Shown here in pieces: positions 1-13,960 of a DNA stretch of 56,149 bases (within the stretch, counting starts at the first letter, position 1; every line of letters starts with the position of its first letter). A program made the position numbers and the translations under genes. The stretch lies in assembly GCA_003427395.1 (NCBI GenBank), contig BFEA01000029.1, positions 1,474,976 to 1,531,124 of the forward strand, written 5' to 3'. Below the pieces are notes generated by a model that saw only the letters and a list, made by a program, of their open reading frames with translations, did not search any database and was not told the DNA's origin. This stretch comes from Chara braunii (Eukaryota; Plantae; Charophyceae).

Positions 1-63
<63 letters not shown>
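1..63. repeat. (GA)n microsatellite
   Basis: Pure GA dinucleotide run. Confidence 0.98.
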
Positions 64-69
<6 letters not shown>

Positions 70-189
70 TAAGCGTTAGTGTTGCCTCGCAATGATTTTG
101 TTAGGTTTTCACGATTCCTCTGTTTGTGAAAAGCTAACAAAATAAAAGATCAGGTCTGAAATAGGCTGTGCTAGAGTTTGTGGGGCCGC

Positions 190-760
190 ACACTACGTAT
201 GTCGTTCCTTAGTGAAGATGAATATATAGGACTATAAGATAATTGTGGTGAGTCCTCGTACAACATTTTTGGAAGACGGACGAACTACTACAGAACCACC
301 AAAAGAATTTGTCTCGTTCTAGTGTAGTGAGCAGTCACAGTCTCGGTTCTAGTGTACATTGTCCAGTCTCAGGTGGGGCTGCACACTACATGTCATGTCG
401 TTCACTAGTGAAGATGCATTTATAGGACTATAAGAGAATTAAGATGAATCGTACAACAACATGTCATGTTGTTCATTAGTGAAGATGAATTTATAGGACT
501 ATAAGAGAATTAAGATGAATCGTACAACAACATGTCATGTCGTTCATTAGTGANNNNNNNNNNNNNNNNNNNNNNNNNACATGTCATGTTGTTCATTAGT
601 GAAGATGAATTTATAGGACTATAAGAGAATTAAGATGAATCGTACAACAACATGTCATGTCGTTCATTAGTGAAAATGAATTTATAGGGCTATAAAGGAA
701 TTAAGATGAATCGTACAACATTTTTGGAAGACGGACGAACTACTACACAACGACAAAAGA
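190..760 (+). repeat. ~71-bp tandem minisatellite containing TATAGGACTATA
   Basis: Unit ACATGTCATGTYGTTCAYTAGTGAAGATGAATTTATAGGACTATAAGAGAATTAAGATGAATCGTACAACA repeats ~388-720 (with a small N gap); a diverged copy lies at ~190-270. Confidence 0.9.
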
Positions 761-929
761 ATTTGTCTCATCCTATTGTAGTCAGCACTGCCAGTCTCAG
801 TTCCAGTGTGCATTCTCAGGCGGGGCTGCACACTCCTTGGGCCTGGGACCGAAGGTAGGGCACACTTTCTGGAGGTAGATGCATTCACACTTTGCAGATT
901 TGGAGAAGAGCCGGACGCGGGCGCTAGAG

Positions 930-960
<31 letters not shown>

Positions 961-967
961 GAGAGAG

Positions 968-1048
<81 letters not shown>
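930..1048. repeat. (CA)n/(GA)n compound microsatellite
   Basis: Directly visible. Confidence 0.97.
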
Positions 1049-1051
<3 letters not shown>

Positions 1052-1551
1052 CGTGCGACACACGAAATGACATGTTCTTACGCCTGAACAGCGCACACTC
1101 CGAGGAAGTCTACATTTGTGACACGTGGGTTGCTAAAGTTGCACTCCACGTGTGTGAGAGTGCAATACGAGGCATGCTATAATAACCCGATTCTTCCACA
1201 TGTACGACACGTGGCGCGCTAAAAGTCCAATTCCTTGCGTGGGACACATCACATGCGCCACATCAACAATGTACACAGGTGGCATGCACCACAACAACAA
1301 CGTCCGGCGCACAGTGAACAAAACGGCAGCATGCTGCCACAGTCCCGCGTTGTCGTCCAGAGTGCCTGCGCACGCCCAGCGTCAAGCCAACGTCTCCAGT
1401 AATAAAGAATATGATCATTAACAGATGACGAACGAGCCTGAAAGTTGCAGATCATATTGGAGTGCCACGTGGCACTGTTCGCTGGTGAAGACGATGAAGA
1501 CAACCAATCAGCTCACATTATCGCAGTCACTGAAAGTCATTCATCTTGATG

Positions 1552-1627
<76 letters not shown>

Positions 1628-1785
1628 CTAGTCTGANNNNNNNNNNNNNNNNNNNNNNNNNNNNNNNNNNNNNNNNNNNNNNNNNNNNNNNNNNNNNNNN
1701 NNNNNNNNNNNNNNNNNNNNNNNNNNNNNNNNNNNNNTCAGCTCACATTATCGCGGTCACTGAAAGTCATTCGTCTTGATGTCTG

Positions 1786-1816
<31 letters not shown>

Positions 1817-2769
1817 CCTAGTCTGAATCATTGTCGTCGATGCTAGTCTCCGTGGTGTACGATGAGGTGGAGTTATCTTCATTATCTAGGGAATTTGGTG
1901 TCTGATCAGCCTCTGTATCGCTCGCACCGTAGTCAGTGATGACATCTTCTTCATTTGAACTCTCAGAATCCTTGCCGTATCCCTCAAAATCTTATATCTG
2001 CTCTTTCAGGATTTCGTCCTCACTTCTGTAATCTCCGTCTTCATCAATGTTGACAACGTCAATGATAGCCTTCATTTGTTCTGCTTTCTGAAGACATCGT
2101 TGTCGTTTACTCTCGGATTCTTCCAAGTCTTCAAGGAGATGTTTAACTCCGCGATCGGTGTCTTCTAGTCCTCGTTCGCGATACTTAGCAAGCTTTGCCT
2201 CCTTGTAAGCAACGTAATCTCGATGCTCTTTCTCTTCTTTAAGTGCTTCGTATCGTATGGAGTAGGGATGTCGTGCAGGAGATCGGCGACGGTGAGGCAT
2301 TTTCCGAAGACAGTATGAAGTTGTTCAACGGCGACGGCGAAGGATGCCGTGTCTCCTTGTTAAAGAACTTGTTCAACGACCGTTGCACTTCGTTGTACTT
2401 TGAACCGTGTTGAAAGAAGTTAGAAGGAGCTGTGCCCAAAAACGGCTCGTGCTCTACTGGCGCCCTACCCTGCTCTACACGTCTTTCCCCCTTTCCCCTC
2501 AACACCTCTCCCGCTGCTCGCCCTCGCTCCCGACACTCGAATGCACGGGCCGCTAGAGCGCCGTTAGATCGCCACTCTCACCCCTAGACTCGTAGTTATG
2601 CCGCTAGGGCTGCCTTCTCTAACAGAGCAGCGTTGCCCAGCAGGGCTCTCGCACGCATGTTACTCGCGAAAAGCGCACAAGCGCTCCAACACCACTTCCA
2701 CACTTCTCACGAATGGGCAATCTGTCCGAAAGTGTGGCTGGCAAGTCCTTATATTGCATCTGCGGGTCA

Positions 2770-3505
2770 CGCCTTTTCACCTGTGGATCATTACTTTGGC
2801 TGTGGGATATGACTCTTACCTCCAGGACATGACTTTTGCCCGGGGAAGTGTCATTTGCCTGTGGGATATGACTTTTCACCTTTGACTCTGGGATGTGAGT
2901 GTTCACGGGGTGCTTGTTGGACTTGACTCCCAAGGTACCTGACCGTGACCTACTTTAACCACGCAACGACAGCCTTGTATTTTCCCGAATTTTCATTGGT
3001 GTGCTGCGGCTCGCAACTAAGAGTCATGACTTTTCACCTGTGGAACATGACTTCTGACTGCGGTTATGTGACTCTTACCACTCTGGGATGTGACTGTTCA
3101 CCGACTGCCTGTTGGACTTGATTCCTGAGGTACCTGACTGCGGGATGTGACTCTCACCACTCTGGGATGTGACTGTTCATCGGGTGCCTGTTGGACTTGA
3201 CTCCTAAGGTACCTGAATGTGAGCTCCTTTAACCACGCGACGACAGCCTTGTAGTTTCCCGGATTTTCATTGGTGTGTTGCTGCATGCATCTAAGAGTCA
3301 CGACTTTTCACCTGTGGAACATGACTTTTGACTGCGGGATGTGACTCTTACCACTCTGGGATGTTTCACGGGGTGCGCGTCGGACTTCACTCCTAAGGTA
3401 CCTGACTGTGACCTCCTTTAACTACGCGACGATAACCTTGTAGTTTCCCGAATTTTCATTGGTGTGTTGCTGCTTGCATCTAAGAGTCACGACTTTTCAC
3501 CTGTG
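2770..3505 (+). repeat. Complex tandem repeat (~190-270 bp units)
   Basis: Recurring blocks GACTTTTCACCTGTGG, GGGATGTGACTCTTACCACTCTGGGATG, AAGGTACCTGAC, TTTAACCACGCGACGACAGCCTTGTA and TTTTCATTGGTGTG in 3-4 copies. Confidence 0.88.
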
Positions 3506-3637
3506 TCATTTTCTTATCTTTTTTTGTCGTTTTGTGGGCTCGCTCCTGTCGTTTCATTTTGGAATCTACCGCTGAAGTACAGAGAAATGCGTTGCTTATC
3601 GTTTTCCGTCGTTTTGTGGGCCCGCTCGCGTCGTTTC

Positions 3638-3684
<47 letters not shown>

Positions 3685-3719
3685 GATATATTCTGGTAGG
3701 TGGAGATGGATTGGTAGGA

Positions 3720-4225
3720 CTGCGAACAGATTCTCGGAGAATAACGGAAAAAACATTTGGACGAAGATGACTTTTTTAAGACTACGAATTGTTTTGCAGA
3801 GAATCTTGCCTATTTTTCAGATCCGGGAAGGGGATTTTTTAGGACTTTAAATCTTTTTGTCAATTGAAGAAGTCTTACGTATTTTTTATTTGATTTGGGG
3901 AAGAGACATTAATAGGACTACAAACTTTAATTTCAACCGACGAAATCCAGTTTATTTTTCGGATTTCGAGACTGTGAACAGATTCTCGGAGAATGTCGGG
4001 AAAAACATTTGGATGAAGATGACTTTTTAGGACTACGAAATGTCTTGCAAAGAATCTTGCCTATTTTTCAGATCCAGGGAGGGGATATTTTTAAGACTTT
4101 AAATCTTTTTGTCAATTGAAGAAGTCTCGCGTATTTTTTTTAGATTTGGAGAAGAGACATTTATAGTACTAAAAATCTTAACTTCAACCGACGAACTCCA
4201 GTTTATTTTCCGAATGTCGAGAAGA
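3720..4225 (+). repeat. ~252-bp tandem duplication
   Basis: CTGYGAACAGATTCTCGGAGAAT...AAAAACATTTGGAYGAAGATGACTTTT starts at 3720 and again at ~3972. Confidence 0.88.
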
Positions 4226-4590
4226 GATTTTTATAGGACTATAAAGCTTATATTCGACTGATTTAGTCTTGCCTAGTTTTCGGATTTGGGGAAGAGATAT
4301 TTATAGGACTATAAATTATAACTTCAACTGGAAAAAAACGTCCTTGTCTTCATCATTCTGGGAAGAGACCTTTATAGGACTATAAATATGAACTTCAATT
4401 GAACAAGTTGAGGCTCTTTTTCGGATTGGTTGTACAGACCTTTATAGGACTATAAATATGAACTTCAACTGAACAAGTGGAGGCTCGTTTTCGGATTGGT
4501 TGTAGAGACCTTTATAGGACTATAAATCCTAATTTCAAATGACGACGTCCTTGCTATTTTCCGGCTTCACACTTATAGGACTATAAAGCG
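4225..4590 (+). repeat. ~70-bp tandem array containing TTATAGGACTATAAA
   Basis: Motif at ~4231, 4301, 4372, 4442, 4512 and 4573, mostly with a 70-bp period. Confidence 0.88.
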
Positions 4591-5185
4591 GTTTTGACAA
4601 AGCTTAAAAGTCGGGCTCCGCAAAGACGACCTTAAAGGAGACTGAAACAAGCTTGTATTAAGCCTTCGAAACTGGTTTCCTGGCAGAATGTATTTTTTGA
4701 ACTGTAAGTCTACCCTAACATGCTGTTGAGAGCCGCACGCCGTTTTTGGCCCGAAGTCGGTAGCGTATATGTCAGCAAAAAACGCACTTTTGCAAAAATG
4801 CAATTATAGGACTATGAATGGGAACTCTCGACCTAAGCGAGAGCTGCAAAGTTGGGATCCTTTCTAGAGCGGGCATCTAATGCTTGCAAAAGATATGCGA
4901 TTTTTACTCCCTCAAGATTGTGCACAACACCTGCTTGCGATTTGCAGTCGTAAATGTTATTTGTTCGTCGTTTTTCCTAATGGTCCTCCCCAAAGGTTAT
5001 TCCTCTGCTTTTTTCCCGCTCATTTCACTGCCGCCGAAATTGGGGTTCTTACTGAGGGCCGAAAATCAGCTGTTGTAAAACTTCAAACACAATTTTGCAA
5101 ACCTAACAATTTATTTTGTTAGGTTTTCACGAATCCCCTGTTCTCTCTCTCTCTCTCTCTCGCACGCGCTCGCGTTTTGAAACAT

Positions 5186-5235
5186 GAAATGGGAACGCAT
5201 CTTCCCGCGATAGCGGGAAGATCCGTTCCCATTTC
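5186..5235. repeat. 23-bp-stem hairpin between (CT)n and (GA)n tracts
   Basis: GAAATGGGAACGCATCTTCCCGC-GATA-GCGGGAAGATCCGTTCCCATTTC, one mismatch. Confidence 0.9.
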
Positions 5236-5237
5236 GT

Positions 5238-5306
<69 letters not shown>

Positions 5307-6146
5307 NNNNNNNNNNNNNNNNNNNNNNNNNNNNNNNNNNNNNNNNNNNNNNNNNNNNNNNNNNNNNNNNNNNNNNNNNNNNNNNNNNNNNNNNNNNNNN
5401 NNNNNNNNNNNNNNNNNNNNNNNNNNNNNNNNNNNNNNNNNNNNNNNNNNNNNNNNNNNNNNNNNNNNNNNNNNNNNNNNNNNNNNNNNNNNNNNNNNNN
5501 NNNNNNNNNNNNNNNNNNNNNNNNNNNNNNNNNNNNNNNNNNNNNNNNNNNNNNNNNNNNNNNNNNNNNNNNNNNNNNNNNNNNNNNNNNNNNNNNNNNN
5601 NNNNNNNNNNNNNNNNNNNNNNNNNNNNNNNNNNNNNNNNNNNNNNNNNNNNNNNNNNNNNNNNNNNNNNNNNNNNNNNNNNNNNNNNNNNNNNNNNNNN
5701 NNNNNNNNNNNNNNNNNNNNNNNNNNNNNNNNNNNNNNNNNNNNNNNNNNNNNNNNNNNNNNNNNNNNNNNNNNNNNNNNNNNNNNNNNNNNNNNNNNNN
5801 NNNNNNNNNNNNNNNNNNNNNNNNNNNNNNNNNNNNNNNNNNNNNNNNNNNNNNNNNNNNNNNNNNNNNNNNNNNNNNNNNNNNNNNNNNNNNNNNNNNN
5901 NNNNNNNNNNNNNNNNNNNNNNNNNNNNNNNNNNNNNNNNNNNNNNNNNNNNNNNNNNNNNNNNNNNNNNNNNNNNNNNNNNNNNNNNNNNNNNNNNNNN
6001 NNNNNNNNNNNNNNNNNNNNNNNNNNNNNNNNNNNNNNNNNNNNNNNNNNNNNNNNNNNNNNNNNNNNNNNNNNNNNNNNNNNNNNNNNNNGAAAAAATG
6101 TTTGATTGTTTGGATTTGATTGATTGATTGATTGATTTTGTGTGTA

Positions 6147-6185
<39 letters not shown>

Positions 6186-6293
6186 GTTTCTTTAGCGTGT
6201 GTGTGTGTTGTGTGTGTGTTTGTGTGTGTGTGGGGGGGCGTGCGGGAGCGTGCGGGCGCGCTGTCGGAGGGCGCGGTGTCCCGGCCCTCCTTT

Positions 6294-9200
6294 GTGTACC
6301 AGGTCCTCACTCAATATTAGTCCCATGTTCTGGGTTATTGTTCCCTAGGCTCATCTCATGCTGTAGGTTTGGTTCCAGGATTGTTATCGGCGCGGACCGA
6401 TCCCGGTGGCGTAGCCCTCAGTAAAAGAGGTGCGCCACAGGGCTTTCCATTGGTCCACGCAGACTCGGCGCCCTGCTGTACAGCAGAGCACAACCGGCCT
6501 GTGGCCGTGGTAGCCGCCGGGTTCGCCCTGGGATGCGGAGGTGAAAAGATCAGCGCTGCCCTTTCTACTGCGCGCTGAGCTCCTACTAACCAAGTTATGG
6601 GATAGGTGCATGGGGCAAGTCTCTATCAAAAAGAAAAGACTAGATGAGAGAAGCAAAAGAAAGCAAAATGTGTGAGGGCGGAAAGGAAAACGAAGTGTCT
6701 GAACTCTACTCAGATCGTGGCCTTGGTCTTTGCTTTAATCTGGGTTAATCCAACGATATCGGGCCACTGTACCGTTGAGTTTTCTTTCCTTTCTTTATAA
6801 TTATTGCAATTATTATATTATCATTGAAATTATTGTCACTCACACTCTAAATAAATCCTCCCTACTATCGTTTCACGGAAAGGTCAAGCGATTCGAATTT
6901 TGTGCGCGGCTGTAGTCCGTGGCCCAGACTGATTTGGCCTGCCGCTCGCGTACCGCTGGTTGGGAGGCCTGCTCGAACGCTGTGCGGGGAAAACCCCAAA
7001 AGAGGGGCGACCCGCGACCGCATCGGCAGGAGGCTTGTCACCCCCGTGAAAGAGGGTCATAAGCCCCCTCCTTACCATCGGACACGGGTACCCGGAGGAG
7101 GTAAGCCAGCGGTTTGTTTTGAGGGGGATAAGTGCGCCGTCTGTATTTCGTTATGGGACCGCCACCTCAAAATAGTAGTCGCTTCTCAGTGAGACGGAGT
7201 GACAGGGACTAGTAGCAGAAGGGTTGTGGATATCGAGGCCATAAGTTATTTTCTTTTCTCTCTCTTGGTTTCCTTTTGTGTAAAATCACAATTTTAAAAT
7301 TATCCCGTTTATTTTCAAATTTTCACCAAGTCTTGAAGCTTCCCGTTTAGAACGCAGGTAACTCGGTATGAGGCAGATCTATAAAAGACAGCAGGCGGGG
7401 GGCTGAGCAGGGTGAACTATCCCGCCACGTCTAGTGTTGCTGGTCTGAGGGCCTGAGTGGAGCGGTGAATAGCCTGGGCCATCTGAGTGTGTGCACCCAG
7501 GGGTGGGTCCGTGGCTGTCTCTGAGTAGTTATGGCCTTGCACGGGTATAGACCCTGCTACTGGTATCACAAGATTCGGTGGAAGCCTATGTCCGGGGAGG
7601 GGCCCTGGATCACGGCAATACTCAACTACGATGGGGGAGACGAGATAAGACTGAGGATTAACGTGGAGGGGGGAAAAGAGGAGGAGATGCGGACTGATGG
7701 AAGGCTACAGAACACTATCACAGAGACGAAAGACCGTGTGGAGGGGCGCTGCAGAAGGGACGGCGTGACGACGAAAATGCAGGTAACGGTCTCGTATCAT
7801 GAGACCGAGACCTCGATGGAGACGGCGGATTGGGAGCAGGCCCACCTGGAACGGGACTCAGGTGGGGAGAGCGAGATGAGCGAGGCGGAGGATCGGGAGA
7901 CGGACCTCAGGTCCTGGAATAGACCAGGCGAGATCGAGAGGCATCACCGGACGGTGAAGCCAGTGGAGCGCGGACCCGAGGCCAGCTCTCATCAACCGGC
8001 GCCCAGAGGCCGAGGGACGGGAGAGAGACAAGGCAGAGGAAAAGGACGTGTGTGAAGGGGGCAAGTGAGCTGTGAGGCGGCTACAGGGACACACGAGGCA
8101 CAGTCGAAGGCACGTGAAGTGAGCGAGAGGAGGGATTTTGGCAAGCGTAGCGGGGTCGAGGTCAACGCGCAACAGTACGGTCTCTGAGGACGGGAGACAA
8201 GAAAGGGGGAATGAGTGGCCGACAGAGGGCAAGCTACACGTGGCAGCCCGAGGAGAGAGGGGGAGTCAACAAATGTGGGCGAGTTGCAGGCAGGAACGCG
8301 CGAACTCAGGAGATGTTGTTGACGTCAACTATAGCCTCAGAGTTCGCACTCAAGGCTTTGAGTGTGCAGAGCCTGTTGAGAGATATCTGGAGGTCAAACG
8401 TGTAGTTGTTCTGAGAAACGGGGAGTGAGCTACGGGGCAGCTACGCAGATACATGGGTGACACGTGGCACGACCCGAGGAGAGAGAGACGTCGGTCAGCT
8501 AGAAGGGGAGAGAGTGTGAGCGTTACGGAACCTGAAAGTGGGGAGGCAGGTGTAGCTGCACGGGCACACTTGCGACTGGTGGTGTGGTCCGGGGAGAGAA
8601 AGGGCGATCAACGAGAGGTGTGTGGAGGATGTGATGAGCTTGCGGAGCGCAATTGGTGTCAATCGTAGCAAGAGACATGTGTGAGGCGCGCGCAACCACG
8701 ACCAAGAACGCGCACGCAACGAGAGAGTCAACGGTGGAGAGGGGAGAGAACTGAACGCGTGTGCTGAGATGTTGACGTCAACTGCTGGGAGATTAGAGCA
8801 TGGCCGATCAAAGTTGATCATTCCCTGTGAGGGGACCTTGGATTGAACTCTGATTGGTGATTGGATGGTCTTTCGTGAGCTGGCTGTTTTCCTTTTGACG
8901 CTCACACATCACGGACAGTGAGAGCTGCGGACGACGTGTCTTGGCTGTTTAATTGGCTGGAGCTGCATTTATCACGGGCCATGTTGAGCGTGATTGCAAA
9001 GGGGCCAGTGAAGAGGTTCACAAGAGTAATGGTCAGAGCACAACTCGTATCGCCAGGTCAAGAAGAACGGTGAAGACGGGCCTGCAGACACACCCTGGAC
9101 AACTGGCTTGTCGTGTGGCCAGACCATTTTTGTTGCCTTAGGATGGGCAGATTCATATGGCGCATGCGGAAACGGTGTGAGAGAGAGAGGGTGAACCATC

Positions 9201-12200
9201 TCGCGTGCAAAGAGATTCCAAGACTGGCTAAGCCCGTGGGGAGGAGGAAGGGTCTCTTGCTTTTGAGGACGATTTCGCTTACCGACTGGCGCTCCCTCTC
9301 TAACGACCGCCTGTCTTGCCACTTTCGTGTGACTTCCAACCTGTAAAGGAGATGGCAATCAAGGGTTAATGACACATCTTTCCCTTATAACAGCCTTGAT
9401 CGAGCCTTCAGATAAGATGTCGGTCTTTGCAGAATAATTCCCCTCTTGTTTTCACTAATTTTAGTTTACCTTTTAGTTTAGTTAGTCAGTACGACTGATT
9501 GTTATTGATTGACCATGTTGCATCGAAAGAAAGAAATAAGTCCTCGGTAGACTGTGTAAGTGGGCGAACAAAAGAGTAGCACCTGTGCGTAATAGCGATT
9601 CAAAATGTGCTAGCCACGAAGGAAACTCAATGTGTGGGAGCCTAGTTTAAGTGTTTAGTGTGGCTGGAATTGAATACGTCGGTATTAGCTTGACTAGTCA
9701 CTTGTCCATTTGAATGTGCTATTTGTATTGGGTGTTTTGCTTGGTTTCTTGGTAAGGTCAATGAGACACGCAACCTTTGTATCCGTGTGCTTAAGCTCTG
9801 TGAAGACAAAGATTACGAGTGCAATTGGGGTTTAAACCCTTCTTTTCCCTTTTCATCTGCGAGAGACTGCATAGTGTTGACTGCACTGTGAGACTACACT
9901 GCACAACTACATTGTGTAACTGTGTGAGCGTATGACCACTTGGGCTTGCACATGCTCGCTCGATCGAATGTCAACTAGTAGGTGTACGGGCTCACTTGTG
10001 ACGTGAGAAGGATTGAGCGCACGAACACATAAGCAGGCATGTGCCCTTGTGAATAGGCGAATGTATGCTTGAATGTGTGCAGATTTGGTGAGTGCAAGTA
10101 GGTGTCAGTCCGAGTATGCGAGTCTACCTTTGGCTTACCGAATGTGCCTGCATGTCAAAGTGGGAGTATGGAGACAATTTTCTTTTTGATTGCTATCTAA
10201 GCCTTGGGATACTACTTTCTGTAAACCCTGTGTTGAATGGCTTAGCTGACCACATGGTAAAGTCAAAAAAACGAGCAGCCTTTGCATTCGTGTGCCCTGT
10301 GCCATGTGATCGCCAGAAGTATTTGTTTCGTATAACTGCACAGTGCGATTGCTTCGTGTGACTGCGTCGTGTGATTGTTTCGTATAACTGCACAGTGCGA
10401 TTGCTTCGTGCGACTGCGTCGTGTGATTGCTTCGTATAACTGCACGGTGCACTTGCTTCGTGTGATCACACGGAACGATTGATTCGAGGGACCAAGCCGT
10501 GTGATTAGCTTCGCGTGACTGCAGGAGGTTGTGAGTGTACTGACTTGCGCGTGTTCACGGGAAAGGAAGGTTTGCCTATAGAGGTAAGAGTTAGAATGTG
10601 CCCTGAGGTAAATCAAGTGCGTGACTTTGTAAGCCTGCAAATGGCTGTGTGAGTTTGCGGTAGCTTCGAAAGGTCTGCAAACGCATTGTTTGGTTAGTAG
10701 AACAACCAATCTCTTTCCTTTCTCATGAGTTTAGAAGCTGAGTGATGAAACGATATGGAACGAAAGAACGGTTGAAAAGGGTGGCTTACCTGATCGCCAA
10801 GTTCTTGCTTGACGGGGACTGATACCTCCTGCCTCTAGTAGCCTCGGGATGTTCACTCAGTTGATTTACTAGTTTGTTTGGAGCGTTTTGATGACTTAAC
10901 TATCCTAATAAAAAGAAAGATACATCTGCAGATACACGTACAATTCGCCCCCAGACAATTGACAGTCAGGCAGAACAGGTTCAGGGGGCTCCACATCTGC
11001 CCAACTCCCGACAAAACTAATGTTCAAGAGGGGAAATTAAGGTGTACTCTACATGTCAAGAGATGAGTATTTGACGGAACAGTTTAGTGTCCCGAATATC
11101 TTTTTAGGGTCACACGCAGCGTACAGGTAGCTCTAATTCTGAGACTGTACTAAACTCGTCACTGAAAACTCTGAGTACTAACCTAGAGCCCATAATATTG
11201 GTCATGCTTGACACGGGTGCTTGCACTCGTGGCTAGCGTGATGTGCCCTTGAAGGGGAAAGATGGAGAAAAGAGATACAGTAAGAGTAACCTATTCGCTG
11301 CATCAGGACATGACCGAAGGTTGGGAAGAGAGAGTGACTGAGAGTTTTCATAGCCAGAAAAGGCTTATGAAGGAACGAGCCGTGATGTTAGTGAGAGGTC
11401 AGACAGTCATGGAGTATACTTGCTACATTTATGGGTCTGACGGGAAATTACACAGTACTCTCTCATCAGTGGAATCCATTGAGGAGGCAAAGAGGATGGT
11501 TGTCAGAGATCGGTGAGAAAGTTTAATCTTCAATTCGGTGAGAGAGGGATTCTCATTAGACAAAGACAGATCAAAAGGAAAGGTCGAGGTTCAGAAAACA
11601 GGTTGCAACCGAACACAGAGTAAGTCATTGAGTCACGAACAGTAAATGAAACAACTAGCAAACAAGGGATAATTATCAGTTAATTGACAACATTCACTTA
11701 TCCGTCATCAGTCAACCAACAAAACTTTATTTCCCGTCAGCGATTAATCAAGGATGCTCAGTTCCTGATCATGGGTTGATCAACAGTTGAACGACACTTG
11801 ATTGGCGATCAGTCAGTGCTCAGATAATAATCTCAGCGGTATTCAACTTCACAGTTTAGCTATCAACCAACAGCCAGGAAAAACATCAATCGGAGTAAGA
11901 CTTTAGAAAGGTAATCAAAACAGCGACACTCAACAAACAATCTGTCAGCAAGCAATTAGTTTTCAGACCAGTAGTTGAACAGTTTCCTGGTCAGCGATCA
12001 TTCAATCCTCTAATCAGCATTGAGAATCAGCATTCAAAAGTCAGCAATCAGTCAGCTTTCAGTTCAGCAATCAGATCAGCAAATAATCAGTCCAAGCAAT
12101 CGTGTCAAGTGTTCTGATTAACAGTAATCAGAAAGGCAATCAGATCGGTAAGCAGTTTAGCAATCAGATCAGCAACCGAATCTGCAATCGAATCGGCAAC

Positions 12201-13050
12201 TAGATCAGCATCCATATCAGTAATCCAGCAAACGGTTCAGCAATCAATTCTGTAACCAGATCAGTGATCAAGTCACTGATAATCATCGGACGGCAAACAA
12301 GACATTCATGAGTACGGTCCAATCCATCCTGGTCAGCGAGTCAGTGCTGACCAATCTCAACCAGCTTTCATGCAAGGAGGCCATTCATTACCAGTATGTC
12401 AATGCCATCGGCTTCAGACAGGGGGATATGTCAGTCTTTGTTGTCTAGACCAGTTTTGCTGACGGTACTATTCGTGACTTGAGGCCATGCCTGAAAAAGG
12501 GCAAGGACGCTCATGAGCATTTTGACCCTGTCTGGATCTCAGCCACCAAATACCTCGAGCAGAGAGAGAGGGAGCTCGATGAGGGTGGCACTACGCTGAT
12601 CCGCAGCTTTGGGCCAAAGCTCTATACTGACTACCCCAAGCCTCATGTTCCTTCTCTTCTCACGGATGGCACGAGTTGGCTGGATCTGGTTGACTTGGCA
12701 AAAAGGTATGTCTCTCCGACAGTGATCGACGTTGAGGCACTAACCGAACCCACCGAGTACCCCTACCTCAGGCGAGGAGTCTTTTCAGTGGACGGACTAC
12801 CTACTTTGTGGGAGGAGTTTTGCTCCATGGTTAACTACCGCGTCATGTGCCTCGGATGGTCATGCTCAGAGCTTGCTGGCTTCAGGTGACTCTTTATCAC
12901 GAGGCCTCAATCTCAGACTGTACGCGGGCATGGTTCTCAACACCAGAGATGAATAGCAAGATGAGAGATTGAGAGAGACTGACTAGAGGGATGAGTGAGA
13001 ACTCTTGTGAGGTGCTGACCATGCTTGCTTATGTGTACTTTCTGGGATTA
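6294..13050 (+). mobile_element. Probable degenerate LTR-retrotransposon-derived region with no recognisable pol
   Basis: Only short orphan ORFs (7531-8055, 11262-11516, 12479-12889). An AATCAG-rich low-complexity tract (11640-12400) is followed by purine-rich AGACAGGGGGA and then TG at ~12429, resembling a PPT/LTR junction. No second LTR or domain motif was seen; boundaries are approximate. Confidence 0.35.
10323..10465 (+). repeat. 52-bp tandem repeat, ~2.7 copies
   Basis: TTGTTTCGTATAACTGCACAGTGCGATTGCTTCGTGTGACTGCGTCGTGTGA at 10323, 10375 and 10427. Confidence 0.9.
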
Positions 13051-13471
13051 TTATGAGTTCTCATTCTTCCCTCATTCAATTGCCCTTGTCTTCGCTCAAG
13101 TCANTCANTCTTATTTTCTGCATCGATCTTGCATGATGATTGCCCNTGCGAATGATTCTGTCACAGTTCTCAAAATCAGATTGACATAACTGATGCATGC
13201 ATAGCACCTCATAATTTTATAATTATTTATTTGCATAATTCTCTGCTGTTCCGAATCAAAATAAAAGATTCCTAAGACCGGGGACCGGCGAAGACCGCAA
13301 TTGAAGGGTCTCGCTCGAAGCCGGACGCACACAACAGAAAGGGATTTGCATTATCTAATTTATTTTGTTTATTGCAATAACATCCAAAATCCTGCGTGAC
13401 AGCCTGTTGGCTTTCTTGGTCGCCTGAAGTGGCCTGACTAAGAAAAAGTGCGACAGCACGCGCACGCAAGA

Positions 13472-13546
<75 letters not shown>

Positions 13547-13814
13547 NNNNNNNNNNNNNNNNNNNNNNNNNNNNNNNNNNNNNNNNNNNNNNNNNNNNNN
13601 NNNNNNNNNNNNNNNNNNNNNNNNNNNNNNNNNNNNNNNNNNNNNNNNNNNNNNNNNNNNNNNNNNNNNNNNNNNNNNNNNNNNNNNNNNNNNNNNNNNN
13701 NNNNNNNNNNNNNNNNNNNNNNNNNNNNNNNNNNNNNNNNNNNNNNNNNNNNNNNNNNNNNNNNNNNNNNNNNNNNNNNNNNNNNNNNNNNNNNNNNNNN
13801 NNNNAAAAAAAAAA

Positions 13815-13830
13815 ATCAATCGATCAACCA

Positions 13831-13876
<46 letters not shown>

Positions 13877-13890
13877 TAATCATTTAATCG

Positions 13891-13943
<53 letters not shown>

Positions 13944-13960
13944 CAATCAATCAATCAATC
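13815..13960. repeat. (TCAA)n tetranucleotide microsatellite
   Basis: Directly visible. Confidence 0.95.

Noticed and set aside
388-720. CRISPR-like regular array
   Set aside because: Whole units repeat with no unique spacers, there are no cas genes, and the context is eukaryotic.
5111-6310. Long ORFs spanning N gaps or microsatellites (also 34181-35479, 37741-38989, 54223-54843, 55105-55847)
   Set aside because: Artefacts of Ns and simple repeats.
10323-10465. TTCGTATAA resembling a loxP half-site
   Set aside because: Only a 9-bp match in direct tandem units, with no inverted 13-bp pair.
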